A DNA stretch of 64,000 bases from Negaprion brevirostris (Eukaryota). Below the pieces are notes generated by a model. It did not search any database and had not been told where the DNA came from. It saw nothing but the letters and a program-made list of their open reading frames with translations. Position 1 is the first letter of the stretch. Each line of letters opens with the position of its first letter. A program made the translations under genes and the position numbers. Positions 1-12,764 of the stretch are shown here, piece after piece. Location: contig JARDVH010000169.1 of assembly GCA_030324005.1 (NCBI GenBank), forward strand, positions 10,958,997 through 11,022,996, in the 5' to 3' direction.

Positions 1-1702
1 TATGATTCTATGAATACTAAATGCAGTTAATTACATAAAAACATTTGGGACCTAGGTGGCAAATTGGTTAAGTACATTGCCTTTTGACAAAAAATATACG
101 TCTCCAGAAGCATTATTTAATGCCTGTGAGGTGGTAAGGATTCCCACTAAGATGGTTTGGGTAATCATGGCCCAATTACACATATCTAAATATTTCATCC
201 TTGTTTCACACAGAAGTGGCTAGTATGGGGAATAAAAATGTTACTAAGATCCAGTGGGAATCCTCTTCTAATGGAAGGAACTTGACCCTGCGGCTGATTG
301 CAATAGAATTAACCTGAGGATGCCAATACATTATTTACAAAAATGTGCAACATTTGTGTTTTTTTTTACAGGCATGTCAATGTGAAAACTATCAATTCTT
401 GTTTGAGCCTAATCAGCACCATCAATCTACCAGGAAGCAGCACCGGTGAGTAGAAAGGGCTCCTCCACCTCTCCACCCCCAACTCCTTCAACACTTCTGT
501 GACTGGGGACAAGGCAGCAAGTGGGTAACCACTCCAAGATCTATCCTATTCTGTCAGTGGCCTGGAGGCAGGCAACACAGACCCAGTGAGAACTTGTGTT
601 CCAAGTGACCTTTTGGAAAAACTACAACTCCTTCACGTGCAATTCCTATGCAATTCAAGCAAGCAGTTGAGTGAAATGGTGATCAAACCTGCATTAGTAA
701 CATGATTTTTCCTTTTAACATTCAGCACAACTATGCTATACATATCTTGTTAGTTTACACAGCACAGATTTGCATCTATAATCTCCACAGATGGTGAGTT
801 GCTGATCTGAGCCTAACTATTGTGGGAATGAATTCAGTAGCAGCTACAGGCTTGCCTGCAGGGAAGGTGTTGTGAATGGAGCCACAATTATTCTTGGTCA
901 CATTTTCACAACTCCTTTCAGCCAATTCAGAGTGACACCAACAGAGATTGGTTGGTTTTAGACGAGAGAATGGAAGTGAACAGGATGGGAAATTATAAAG
1001 AGGATGTTTATGAAACACAGTTACTGAAATATATTTAGCAATAATTATAACAGAAGTAATTTGCATGATTTAATATAATTCACTGCTCCTTAAATACACT
1101 TTAGAATGCACAATTGTTCACACAACACACAGGAAGAAACCCAATTGTAAGACTTCAAAAACTGACATGCAAGCAATTGTTTTAAGATTAAAAAGGACAA
1201 ATAGAACTATAATGCTTTAAGTGTCTTGATGGATGAATTATATCTGCACTCGCTGAAATCGCTACCTGAGTATATCATGTGACTCTATTCCTGTCATTCA
1301 GTGATGACTTAATTAGCTGGCTGAATTCTTCTGTGGCTTACATATTAGATTTTTTGATGTATATGCACTTCTTTGTCTATTAAAAAGATCATCACTGATG
1401 CTGGTCCAATATTGAAGCTGGAACAGTTTAATTTTGTACTAAAAATTACATATTAATTTCAAGTGTTCATTTTCCTGCATGAATTGAAGAAACAGTAACC
1501 CTTCAGAACTGCTTTACACAAATTATTGGTTTAAAGTATTTTTGAACACATACTTCAAAACACATGTTCATGCTACTTGAAAAAACCAACATGACAATCA
1601 AATTCTATTTTAGGATAATGTTCTTCTCATCAGGAAATTAAAACACTTATCTGAATCATTAAATGGAGAATCTGCCAGTCAATAGTTAATGAGTTAAACT
1701 GT

Positions 1703-1975
1703 GGAGAGGTGGTGGCGTAGTGGTATTGTCATTGGGCTAGTAATCCAGAGACGCACAACAGATGGAGAGATTTAAACTTAATAAAAAATTTGGAATTTAA
1801 AATCTAATTATGACCACGAAACCATTGGTGATTGTTGTAATGTCCTTCGGGGAAGGAAATCTGCCATCCATAGCAATGTAGTTGACTCTTAAATGCCCCC
1901 GAGGCTTAGCCACTCAATTCAAGGGCAATTAGGGATGGGCAAAGCCAGTGATGCCCTTACCCCATGAATGAATTT
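1703..1975 (+). mobile_element. tRNA-headed SINE / non-autonomous LINE derivative (5' head + LINE 3' tail), internally deleted
   Basis: A-box-like TGGCGTAGTGG near 1713. Body matches the reverse complement of 55440-55705; tail AAGGGCAATTAGGGATGGGC...CCCATGAATGAAT matches the reverse complement of the LINE end at ~50570-50630. Confidence 0.75.
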
Positions 1976-2543
1976 CAAAAACTAGCAACAGCGAATGCTG
2001 GAAAAGCAATTTCTAGCATATAATGCTTCTTTGGGAAAAGCATTCAAAATCTTCAAGGTTTTTTTGTGCTTGTGAAAGTGAGGAGTGGATGTTATTTCTG
2101 GTAAATATATTCCATCTGTATTACCCAATAGCCAGATACAGTGAACAGAACAGTCACCCCCATCCTGTAATTTGCTTTAGCCACATTTTAAGAACAATAC
2201 CTAGATTGCTAATATTCATTTTGCCTTTCCAATTTGAGCTATCCATGCTGCGGACTAAGTGTGAGTTGATTGTGCATTTAATGGTAAATTAGTTTTTCTT
2301 CAATGGCCCTGCAATGACTGCGCACACTTATTTAAAAGAAAATATTTATAGAAAACAGACTGCCATCCGTACTGCCTAGGTTCACATTTGAGCCCCAATG
2401 AAAGGTCGATGTGCTAACACAAAACCCCAAGACAAAACTTTGAATTTTAAGGAGAATGTCTTCAGGTATATGTCTAGAGTCTCAACCCCATCTTGGAGGC
2501 AAGATATTTGATGCAGAAATTGTGTCTGTTTGTCAACAACCCT

Positions 2544-3305
2544 TGTCATGTCCCCTTAGAGACTACCAACTTTTTTTTAAAAATTGAATTTCCTGTAACC
2601 AACCAAAAGAATTACGCAACAAGATTTCACGACTGAAGATTCTACCTGTAATAAACAAACTAAAAGTAACATTGTCTAACACGTATTTAGTGGGCAACTT
2701 ATTCTTTAAACTACAGAAAAGATTCTCTGTGACTTCAGACAAATTAAAATCTCACTCCATGGTTATAATCCCTTAAGTGGACACTTAACTCACCCAGTAC
2801 CAGTCCAAAGTTATTTTCAACTCCCAATGGCTTGGTTCTTTTTGCCTTTTCCAGTTGGAACTTCTAATCATTTTTTCACCACAAGAGTTACTTCAGAGAT
2901 TCCTTCTTTCTACCCCAAGCTAGGCAAATCTTTCAGCCTCCTTTAAATTTTCATAAATTCAATCTCTTCAATTTGAACATGAGCACTCTGCTCGGTGAAC
3001 AAGAGTAAGCATTTTCTCTGCTTCACTTGGGGGGCTAGCTGCCTCCATTTCTTTGTAGTCTCTGTCAGATTCTCGCAGCCTGATCTGAGTCCGTAAGATT
3101 CAGTGATCTCTTGGGAAATCTTATAAACCAATATTACACTGACTTGCCATGTATGCCTCACCTCTCAAAGCCTGTCTCTATGGCAGTGTGAATCACATGG
3201 GCTTTGTATCACTTCAAAATGCTACCTAGCTATCCTCTAGGCCACCAATTATGTTCTATCGTTTAATTAAATAACTTAAAGTATAACCATTTATAAAACC
3301 TGACA
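2544..3305. mobile_element. Possible old solo LTR
   Basis: 762-bp segment bounded by TGTCA...TGACA (perfect 5-bp inverted ends). No clean TSD (ccct vs cttc), so weak. Confidence 0.25.
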
Positions 3306-3547
3306 CTTCTAACACCTCCAAGAGACTTGAAGACTAACAATCTAACACAATCAGCACAGATGCTCTTGCCATTGTCTACAGGTGTGAATATCTTGAACTT
3401 TTTTGCAAGTCTCTTGACTTAGGCCCCTCTTGTCCACAGAGCAGCCAAGCCACTCAGACTTATTGTCAGGTAGAATTCAGAGGGCACATGACCCCCTTAA
3501 TTCCTTTATTTTATTTTNNNNNNNNNNNNNNNNNNNNNNNNNNNNNN

Positions 3548-3630
3548 CTACCCTCTGTGTGAAAAACCTCCCTCTAATATCTGTGTTATACCTCTCCCCC
3601 CTCACCTTAAGCCCATGGCCCCTTATCCTT
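3548..3630 (-). mobile_element. CR1-clade LINE fragment next to an assembly gap
   Basis: Reverse complement resembles the ...TRGH.LK...FFTQRVV end of CR1 ORF2 seen at 54460-54550. Confidence 0.6.
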
Positions 3631-4544
3631 TTCAAAATATAAAATATCATAATTTATAGGCAAAACTGGATGGTCTTCATCTCATGGTCAAGTTTCGTAT
3701 GAACATAAAGTAGGCCTATTCCCTTCAATAATCTGAACATTCTATCAATCACTGGGAGGATAACAGAATCCTGGACACCAATGACTGACTCAAATTCCAC
3801 TTTTATTAAATGGGTTTTGGATTTTTGTCATGATTTTTACCAACTGTTTGGGAATCTCATTCTGTAATTCCATTCAATTTCAGCTGAGGTTCTCATTCTG
3901 TGCTTTTGTCTTTTGAAATTACAATCACTGATTTATAAATGCCCAAATCTTTTACCTTTAATACAAAGGCCTACAGTCATTGCCCTGATGCTATAGCATT
4001 AAATACCATATTTCCGGTAATTATTTTTCTCTGAAAATTGTAATCCCATCTTTTTACTCATCAGCAATATTCCGAGAACTAAAACAAAATCATTATTCTT
4101 GTAGTCAACTTAGGCTGTAATTTCAAATCCAACACGCTAATGTATAATTTGTACTGCATGATGAGATTCCATTACCATGTGACCTCATCCACTGAGGAAG
4201 AAATCTTTGGCATATGTTAAGTTAGTGGCTGGTGTGAAATTAAGTCCTCAAGCACTGGTCCTCCTCTTGTACCACCAGCCTTTGTTGCCTTCATATAAAC
4301 TTGAAGTCAAATTGTAGAAAGCTCATTTAGTTGTAGTGCACTTACAGCCGCGTCCAAGTACCTGATATCCAGTGTCACAAAATCAAGCACGTTCGGTCAA
4401 GTCTTTTCCATTCAGTACTCATGAGTTTGATTCTATAAGTTGAGACTAGAAATTCAGTCGCACTTGAATATCTGTGATCTCCTTCTGTTCACTACACAGA
4501 AACGGGCATTTTTAAAAACTCTGGATCCAGTCAGTCCTCTGAGA

Positions 4545-4672
4545 ATCCCTCTGACGTCAAGGGATATGGGGAAAAATGGCATGAGATAGATGATAAGCCA
4601 TGACCTGTTTGAATGGTGAAGCACGCTTGATGGACCAAATGGTCTACTCCTGCTTCTATTTCCTATGTTCCT
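4545..4672 (+). mobile_element. CR1 LINE 3' tail
   Basis: AAGGGATATGGGG...AGCCATGA...GAATGG...GATGGACCAAATGGTCTACTCCTGCTTCTATTTCCTATG, the same tail as 54630-54760 and 59085-59192. Confidence 0.75.
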
Positions 4673-7600
4673 AATATGGCATGATTCATCAAAAGTTCTG
4701 CTTTTTGGCAGAGGGGAAAATAATGGCATCATCTCCACAGCTCTGAAACAAATAAATCCTACATCAGTTAATGTACCTGCTCAATTTTCAAACGTCTAAT
4801 TTCAACAACTTAGTTAGTTCATTCAACAATAGAATAAAGCTCCAATCTCCAAGTCGTTTTTTTTGCCCCCCTCGCTGTTAAGCCCAACTGAGGCTCAGGA
4901 ATAATCAAGTTTCGACTGTTAATAATGCATCCTTTGCTTGTTGCTTTTAACTGTGAAGCATTCCTGCTGACAATAAAGCAGGCTTCTTGAAATCATTGCT
5001 GCTAACACTTCTACTGTATCACAATTCATCACAATTTGCTGATTCTTAAATAATGAAACAGAATGATTTCATTATTTCCTTTCACCCTACTGAATAAGTA
5101 TTCAGCATCAATAGCAAGGATATTCCCCTCGGTTTAAAAACTTGCACCATATAAGCCTCAGGTTCAGATATCATACAAATTATTTGTCATACACTTATTT
5201 TTGAAGGATAATAATGATGACAGTGGTAGAACAGAGGCCAAGTTCTTTAAAAATAGCAAATGCTCTGGCATGTACTTTCTTCTATCAAATGTCTCTCAAT
5301 GAATCACAGCAAAAAGTACAATAATGTATGGAAGAATGTGGGACCTAAAAGGTTAATAGAGAGTGGCAGAACAGAAAACGCATCTGTCAGCCAGTATCAA
5401 ATTACAAGGCTTACTCCTAGATGGTTAGAGAAAAGAGCCTGCAGCACAGCACAGATTACGTGCATACACTGTGGTGGGGGAGGAAGACATTCTGACAGAA
5501 GATGAATCACAACATAACCTCCAAAAATCTCAATTGTAAAATTGGTCATTTTAATGAATACATTGTACTTATGATATCAATAATGCAAACTGTTCCTGAA
5601 AACAGGCAAGTCTGTCCCCTTTTATATTACCAGCTCTTTCACTAATTGCTTCAGACTACAGTTCCCTGGCAACAGCCTGCCACTGCACTTTTGGCTCCAG
5701 TTCAACATTTTTTCTTGAAAAACAGCATCACTGCTGCCTGTGCTATTGCTAGATTGGCTAAGTGTTCTAATAATGCAGTTTCCACAATCACATGATATAG
5801 GAGCAGGCACCAAGAGTGCGGCTGCCAAGCAGCATAAATCATCTACCCAAAGCAGTTTATTCTGTAAGCAGATNNNNNNNNNNNNNNNNNNNNNNNNNNN
5901 NNNNNNNNNNNNNNNNNNNNNNNNNNNNNNNNNNNNNNNNNNNNNNNNNNNNNNNNNNNNNNNNNNNNNNNNNNNNNNNNNNNNNNNNNNNNNNNNNNNN
6001 NNNNNNNNNNNNNNNNNNNNNNNNNNNNNNNNNNNNNNNNNNNGATTGTTGCAGTGCAGGTGGCAAGTTGCAGATTGAAGAGGAAAATTATCTATATTAA
6101 TGCTTTGTTCACACATTGAAATGCTTTATCTGCCAATATATTAAATCCCATTTTATCCCAAATTGTGTTGTAAAAGAAGCTGCAAATAACTTGGTTATCT
6201 GTGTGTCGAGATGGGGACATTAAGCAACGGTTGCAGATGCATGTACAACAGTCTGATTCTATATATATTTTTGACAGTTTTGAAGTGTCAATCTTTTTTT
6301 TTGCCCTCTTGATACCAAGATCGATTAGGGTTGTCCAGAACACAGCAGTGAGCATTAACAAGCTCCAGGCAGTAGAAAACATTAACACTGTGGTCTTCTA
6401 GCTGAAAGAAACTGAAACATTATTTTCAATGAACTCACTAACTATATAATCAATTGTCACACTTAACACCAGCTGCTCTATTCTCAATGATCAAGTAGCT
6501 CTGCTGCAGTGAAGGAACACAAGAGCATATAATCAAAGAGACCAGCTTCAAAACTATAAGCACTCACACTTTGTATTTGCCAGATGTGTCAGAGTCTCTA
6601 TCTTTAGATCATGCTAAGATATATTCATGACACTTGAGGTTATATATAATTCTCCCTGACTGCACTTTACATTGTTGTGCCACAGGAGCTCCCACTGCCT
6701 GACATCATATGACAGTACCATGCAAAAACAGGATTTGAAGCAGATGTTACCAAGATACACAATAAGGTAATTAGTGGATGATGCCTGGAAAGGACAGCAT
6801 AGGATGCCAACCTTCCACACCATTTCCATGTCAAAATTAATTTAATAGAGAAGCAAATGATTGAAAAACAGCAATCTGGTGCGGTTTATTTTCTTCACAG
6901 GAATGCGGCTTTCTTCCCTCTAAATATTTGGCATTAATACCTCTTAACACCACTGACAAACACAACAGCTAGTTTCAGTAATGAACAAATGCCTACATTC
7001 CCAACAAGTTATCATTCAATTGCTCTGACAGTTTCGGACTACTGAATATTGGCATCACAGCCATTGTCCAACTTGACTGGGTTCCTCCAATGAGTCTCTG
7101 GGACATTATTTTAAGCAGAGCCGTGGCTAATTTAAAGCAAGAAGAGTGATGTAGGGGCGCTAGCCAGATTTAAAACAATAAGATGGAGCAGGTAGTGAAA
7201 AACAGTTGATTTGAAATAAAAGTTCACTTATATAAATTGAATAGGCATGTGAAGAACTAGCAATTATGCTACTATATTGCATAAGCTTCATGGCTAACAG
7301 ATTTAATTTCTCCACATCACTAGTGCAATCAAATCGTAAAGACATATTCAAGTTTTGATGTACTGGTAACTTTGATCATAATCCTTTCAACTACTTATCA
7401 ACTGATGTATTTTTCTTCCAACTGACTAGAAATCTCAGTTTGTGCTTAAGAGAAAGATCAGCATTCTTTTCTTGTCACTTTTTTGGTTCTCTGCAACACA
7501 AGCTACTTCCTAGTTACCAGTTTACTCTTGGATGTCTGGCAAATTTCAACCAACCACTAAGAAATCCCCAAGAATGGTCGATTGTTTTCTCCCCCTTCCA

Positions 7601-8559
7601 GTGTGAAAGCACCTGCCTCCACTCAGCACCTCATCAAGAGCAGAGTCAAGGGTGTAAGATATCTGTATGGGGAAATTACTGCCATCCTGTACGAGAACTG
7701 TTGTATTTTAAACTCAACTAGTTTGAGAAGATGAGTTCTAAATTACTATTGTTCTTATGACAAGCTAGATTCACAGGCCGGGAAAGTGTTTCAGCAGACA
7801 AGGAGGTCCTAAAACAGATGGTATGCGATTCTGAAAACCTAACCAAGTTAAGAGCAGATGAAAATGCTTCATTGCCTCAGATGTGCACCTACATGCTTGA
7901 ATTCATCTAGCAACTCCTGACTTAGTTATAGGAGAAACCAAAATACCTGCTGCTTTCCAATAGGCAGTTCTTTTTCAAATAACACCAACCTAAGTGAGGA
8001 GCAGCAGTGATGGATCTGTTTGTGTGGAGGACATTTTTCAAAAAAGCAGGAATTAACATAACAGGTTGCCCATTACGCTTCCATCCTGCCACAAATCTGT
8101 ATGCAATTAATGGTCTGCCAAAGATGCACCTGGGGCACAGGGACCATTAAGAATATTAATAGAACAGATATCTTCCTTTCTAAGCCTTTCAGTCAACATA
8201 ACAGTGAGCGATATTCCTTTACTATTCTTACTCCTTATATTCTGTGTACTCTTCCAAGGATTGCCACCTTGCCATAGTGGAAAGGCTCGAGTGTTCTGTT
8301 GATCCTGAGAGTGATGCCATCTTAAACTCCTGGCACAATCACCCATGACGGTAAGGTTGGAGGAGAGGAACCAGACAAAGTGCAATCCAAAACAAGGATT
8401 CAATGGCAGATCAAATAGAAGATACTTGTGTGATATCAATGGTGTAACGGAGGGTGAAGGTTAAGGAAGAGGAAGGAAGATACCCAGTTATCGAGATTTC
8501 CTTGCTACTGAAACTGGACCTACGTTCTGTTAAGCCCTCTAGCAACCTGTCCCAGCGCA

Positions 8560-9600
8560 AGATCTGAGCTCTCCTTCCATCAAGATCAATGAAAAAACCC
8601 TCCTAAACATGGAACATTTCCCCTACCTGGGGGGCCACCTGTCACCTGAGGTTGACATTGATGTAGTGATCCAACACTGTATCCAATCCACCAGCACGGA
8701 CACTCAAGGTTGAGAGCCTTTGACGGCAGTTGGGCAGTTTTAAAATCACTCAAGTCACTTCATAAGTCAAAACATCTCACAAAGTAGGATGCACGCAACC
8801 ATCTCTGTTACCTGAAACCTTTCATTGTTGTTAAACACACTTAGGGGTTTTATAGAGTTATTTTCAGGAACGTAATTCATCTTTACAGGAAATATTTCTG
8901 CCCATACACAAACCTGTTTGTGTCAGTAAACAAGCGAACCATTTTTGCCTTTACACACTGATCCATGCTGATCCTAGATCCTCATGTACAAAACAGTCAT
9001 CTTCCCAACTCTTCTTACAGCTCACAGACTTGGACTGCATATAGGCACCATCTCAAGGCCTTGGAGACAGATGCCTCGCTACAGCTGGGAGGACAGACAT
9101 ACTAACATCAGTGTCCTTGAAGGTGCCAAGAGCGTCAGCATCAGTGCCATGTTCATCCGAAACCACAACTTAGGATGCAACATTCCTGACTGCCAAAGCA
9201 AATCTTGGCCCAGGTCAAAGGAGGCGCCCGAACAACAGGGGAACATAGGAAGCTCTTTTAATATAATGTGAAAGCTCACCTCAAGAAGTGCAACATAGAT
9301 ATCAATACCAGGGAGACCCTTCTCAAAAGAAACTGCTTGGAGGAACCTTCTGTTTGAAAGGACACAATTCTTTGAGGCTATCTGACAAGAGGTCCAGAAA
9401 AGAAGCCTGAGAAGAGAATGCCAGTGGCCTAGAGCCAAAGACCAATTCTATCTCCCAGAAATAACTGACAAGTGTGTGGTCGAAGATGCGGTTCCAGGAT
9501 CAGCACATCAGCCATGCATGGACCCACAGAATCCATGACCAGTGACACGGAGTTTCTTAGGTGGACAATCATACTCATAAGCGCATGATTGCTGAAGAAG
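8560..9600 (+). mobile_element. Decayed RTE-clade LINE 3' part, interrupted at 8730-8957 by an inverted duplication
   Basis: Translates as PSIKINEKTLLNMEHFPYLGGHLSPEVDID, then (after the interruption) MYKTVIFPTLL..., typical of RTE ORF C-terminal regions. Ends in a short GAAGAAG tail near 9600. Confidence 0.75.
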
Positions 9601-9832
9601 ATCCTGTGTAAAGGCAAAAATGGTTCACTTGTTTACTGATACAAACAGGTTAGTGAATGGGCAGAAATATTTCCTGTAAAAATGAATTACTTTCCTGAAT
9701 ATAACTCTATAAAACCCCAAAGTGTGTTTAACAACAGTGAAAGGTTTCAGGTAACTGAGACAGTTGAGTGCATCCTACTTTGTGAGATGTTTGAGTTATG
9801 AAGTGACTTGAGTGGATTTTCAAACTGCCCAA
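8730..9832. repeat. Long inverted repeat: arms 8730-8957 and 9605-9832 (~228 bp each)
   Basis: Manual alignment of the left arm to the reverse complement of the right arm gives about 16 substitutions and 2 indels (~92% identity). Confidence 0.95.
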
Positions 9833-10445
9833 GCAGGTACTTGAGAGCACAGCAACAGAAAACTGATCAATGTCAACTTGAAGAATGGCACATAGAAGGA
9901 ATCAGGTAGGTAACAGCGTAATTCCTGGCAAAAGCATCTAAACATTTAGTATATGAAATTCATTCACTAAGAGATATAGATGGATATTGCAATTGTCTAC
10001 AGCAGACAATTAAATTCAGAATGGCACAAACCGTTGACTTGATGAACAATATGGCTGTTTTTCACTGGAACATTAGGTCAGGCAATCCACTTTTTAGAAA
10101 TTCTACCTTATGTGCAATATATTGACAGATTTTCCAAAGGGATTTCTGAACAATCAAATGTTACTGGCTGCGAGTTGTTCACGGATTATTTAGTAACCAT
10201 AATGAAATCAGCAGGAGGGGAAGGCTGCTTCCTGGTAAACACATTTTAATCAGGCTACTTGTCTGAATAAAGTAATATTGGATACCCTACCTAAAGTAAA
10301 CAGATTAAGCTTCAGGGAGCTTATGTTTATGCTCAAGGGAGATGTTAATAAAGTTCCTACAGGTTATCAAGTAACGAGGATAACATTCTCAAAAATAAAG
10401 GGACAATGGTCCTTTGCATGACAGTGCTTCACAAAGGGTCTCCTT

Positions 10446-10650
10446 TAGAAACCATAGAAAAAACCTTAGAAACCCTACACTACAGAGAGAGGCCATTCAG
10501 CCCATCGAGTCTGCACCGACCACAATTCCATCCAGGTCCTACCCCCATATCCCTACATATTTCACCCACTAATCCCTCTAACCTACACATCTCAGGACAC
10601 TAAGGGGCAACTTAAGCATGGCCAATCAACCTAACCCACACATCTTTGGA
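10446..10650 (-). mobile_element. HE1-type (V-SINE) shark SINE, 3' half
   Basis: Reverse complement has ...GTTAGGTTGATTGGCCATGC...GCAGACTCGATGGGC...TAGGGTTTCTA tail shared with the other copies. Confidence 0.85.
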
Positions 10651-10744
10651 TTTATTGATGGTATTGGTGTGCGGGCTGCAACAGCAATAGCAGAAAACGT
10701 GTAGCTACTGAATTAACAAGAGAAAGCTCCTGAGATGACGCTGT

Positions 10745-10870
10745 CAAGACCAGCATTTATTTCAAATCCCTAGTTGCCTTGAGAAGGTGATGATGAGTCA
10801 CCGCAGCCCATGTGCTGAGATTCCTTTACTGCGGCTCAGGGGGGAGTTCCAGAATTTGACCCCGCAATGA
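10745..10870 (-). mobile_element. 3' fragment of the same LINE family as 50570-55705
   Basis: CCAGCATTTATT...CCCTAGTTGCCTTGAGAAGGTG...GGGAGTTCCAG..TTTGACCC matches 24520-24660 and 50595-50725. Confidence 0.65.
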
Positions 10871-11160
10871 TGATACACTCCAGAACCTTCTATCACCATG
10901 GTTACAATCCTTGTTTGGTTTCATGTTTATGATGTGAGTGTATCCAATCACTATGGTGACAGCTTTTGTTTATTTTTAAGTTTATCAAAATCAGACAACA
11001 TGAATTGTTTCTGGTCCAGAGAGCCGGTACTCAAAGACTAAAGAATAGAATCATCGCGAGTGAAATCGGGAGAGCGAGATGGTCGATAAGGAATGGGAAG
11101 CCCTCCAACTGACACTGAGAGGGTCTCACCTTTGTTCCCTTGCTCATTACTACATAAATA

Positions 11161-11331
11161 GGGCGGCACTGTGGCACAGTGGGTTAGCACTGCTGCCTCA
11201 CAGTGCCAGGGACCCGGGTTCAATTCCAGCCTCAGGCCACTGTCTGTGTGGAGTTTGTACATTGTCTGCATCTTTCCTCCAGATGCTCCGGTTTCCTCCC
11301 ACGCTCCAAAGATGTGCGGGTTAGGTGGATT
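11161..11331 (+). mobile_element. HE1-type (V-SINE) SINE, 5' part, interrupted by a solo LTR
   Basis: tRNA-like head TGGCACAGTGG (A box) and GGGTTCAATTCC (B box), then the V-domain GCTCCGGTTTCCTCCCAC..TCCAAAGA. Confidence 0.9.
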
Positions 11332-11887
11332 TGTGAAGTTGTACGAATGAAATAATGGCATGATGGGAAAATTGGTCAAGTATTTGGTACAAAATAATGA
11401 AAACTGACTCCACATAACTTAAGACATGAAAAGACCAGGGACGGTTAAGCTGTGCTGAACCTCTGTGAGACCTGCTAAGGCTGACTCCACATGACCTAAA
11501 GCTGTATGGGTATGATGAGATAAGGTCAGAAATGACAAAGTCATCGGCCTTCTTCTGTTCTACCAAAAGGACAAGATAAAGGTATGACTGATGAGACAAA
11601 GAGTTCTAGGGGGTCTGCAGGTTATATCATGATTTATGACATCGCTTATGATGTTGTTATTGATCGAATTCCTGAACAAGGTCTGGTCATGCAAACTGAT
11701 AATGATTATGTATAAATACTGAGTTGATTCTTTATGTAAGGGCAGACTTGAAGAAGAACTAGCAAGTCGTAAGTTTTTGCCAATACTGCATGCAGTGTTT
11801 TGTAAATAAAGACAAGTTTTTTTTTGGAACAAACTTTGTTGAGTCTGTCTACCACAGTCAAGAAGGAGGAAAATTTCCACTTCAACA
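11332..11887 (+). mobile_element. Solo LTR (556 bp) with 4-bp TSD GATT
   Basis: Starts TGTGAA, ends TTCAACA. GATT lies at 11328-11331 and 11888-11891. AATAAA ~80 bp before the 3' end. The host SINE sequence (GATTGG) resumes right after. Confidence 0.75.
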
Positions 11888-11894
11888 GATTGGT

Positions 11895-12065
11895 ACAGGG
11901 TCCACTGCTATTTATCATTAATATTAATGGTTTGCATGAGAATTTAGTCAGCATGGTTAGTAAGTTTGTAGATGACACCAAGATTGGTGACATAGTGGAC
12001 AGTGAAGAAGGTTATCTCAGATTGCAACGGGACCTTGATCAATTGGGCCAACGAATGGCAGATAG
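11895..12065 (+). mobile_element. CR1 reverse-transcriptase fragment running into a gap
   Basis: GPLLFIININGL...SKFVDDTKIG...LQRDLDQL (decayed FADD motif). Confidence 0.88.
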
Positions 12066-12165
12066 NNNNNNNNNNNNNNNNNNNNNNNNNNNNNNNNNNN
12101 NNNNNNNNNNNNNNNNNNNNNNNNNNNNNNNNNNNNNNNNNNNNNNNNNNNNNNNNNNNNNNNNN

Positions 12166-12250
12166 GGGATATGGGGGTAGGGCCTGGGTGGGATTGTGGT
12201 CGATGCAGACTCGATGGGCCAAAGGGCCTCTTTCTGCACTGTGGGGGCAC
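12166..12250 (+). mobile_element. HE1 SINE / CR1 shared 3' tail
   Basis: GGGATATGGGGGTAGGGCCTGGGTGGGATTGTGGTCGATGCAGACTCGATGGGCC...TTCTGCACTGT. Confidence 0.8.
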
Positions 12251-12523
12251 TATGATGCCCTTCGTTATTTTACAGACCTCTTTAAGATCACCCCTAAGTC
12301 TCATATGCTCCGGGATAGAAAGTCCCCAGTCTACGCAGCCTCTCTTTATAACTCAAAGCTCTTAGGTTTTGTAGGATCATACGGAGCCGGGGAGGCCCTT
12401 CAGCCTGTCCAGTTTGTTTCCTCAGCCCTCATTCCGTGTGAGCTTCAGAACTAGAAGATCACCCCTAGGTCGGAGGCTCAGAAGTTAGCCTCTTCGAAAA
12501 AGCTATCAGTTAACGCCCAGCGA

Positions 12524-12598
12524 CAGCAGCACTGTAGTTAGCACGACTGCCTCGCAACGCCAGAGAGCTGGGTTCAATCCCTGGCTTGGGTCACTGTC
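12524..12598 (+). mobile_element. HE1 SINE head fragment
   Basis: GTAGTTAGCAC..CTGCCTC....GCCAG...GGGTTCAATCCC.GGCTTGGGTCACTGTC. Confidence 0.7.
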
Positions 12599-12764
12599 AA
12601 CGTTAATTAATTTAGTATATCAAAGTTAATTAATTTAGGCAATTAGCACATTGTTCAAAGTGCCATTCTCGTTAGAGCATGGAAATTGTCTTCGGGGATA
12701 GGTGATTTCAGACAGGTGAGCGAAGCAAGCCTTGTGACACCGTCCCTCCTGTGGACATCTAACC

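Noticed and set aside
5622-6116. Long ORFs that run through N stretches (also ~11824-12454, 29359-29718, 39449-39908, 60431-60751, 62315-62792)
   Set aside because: Their length is an artefact of Ns lacking stop codons; recognisable parts are LINE or SINE sequence.
12255-12520. Odd segment with repeated AAGATCACCCCTA.GTC
   Set aside because: Resembles scrambled minus-strand CR1 fragments beside a gap; low-quality assembly cannot be excluded.
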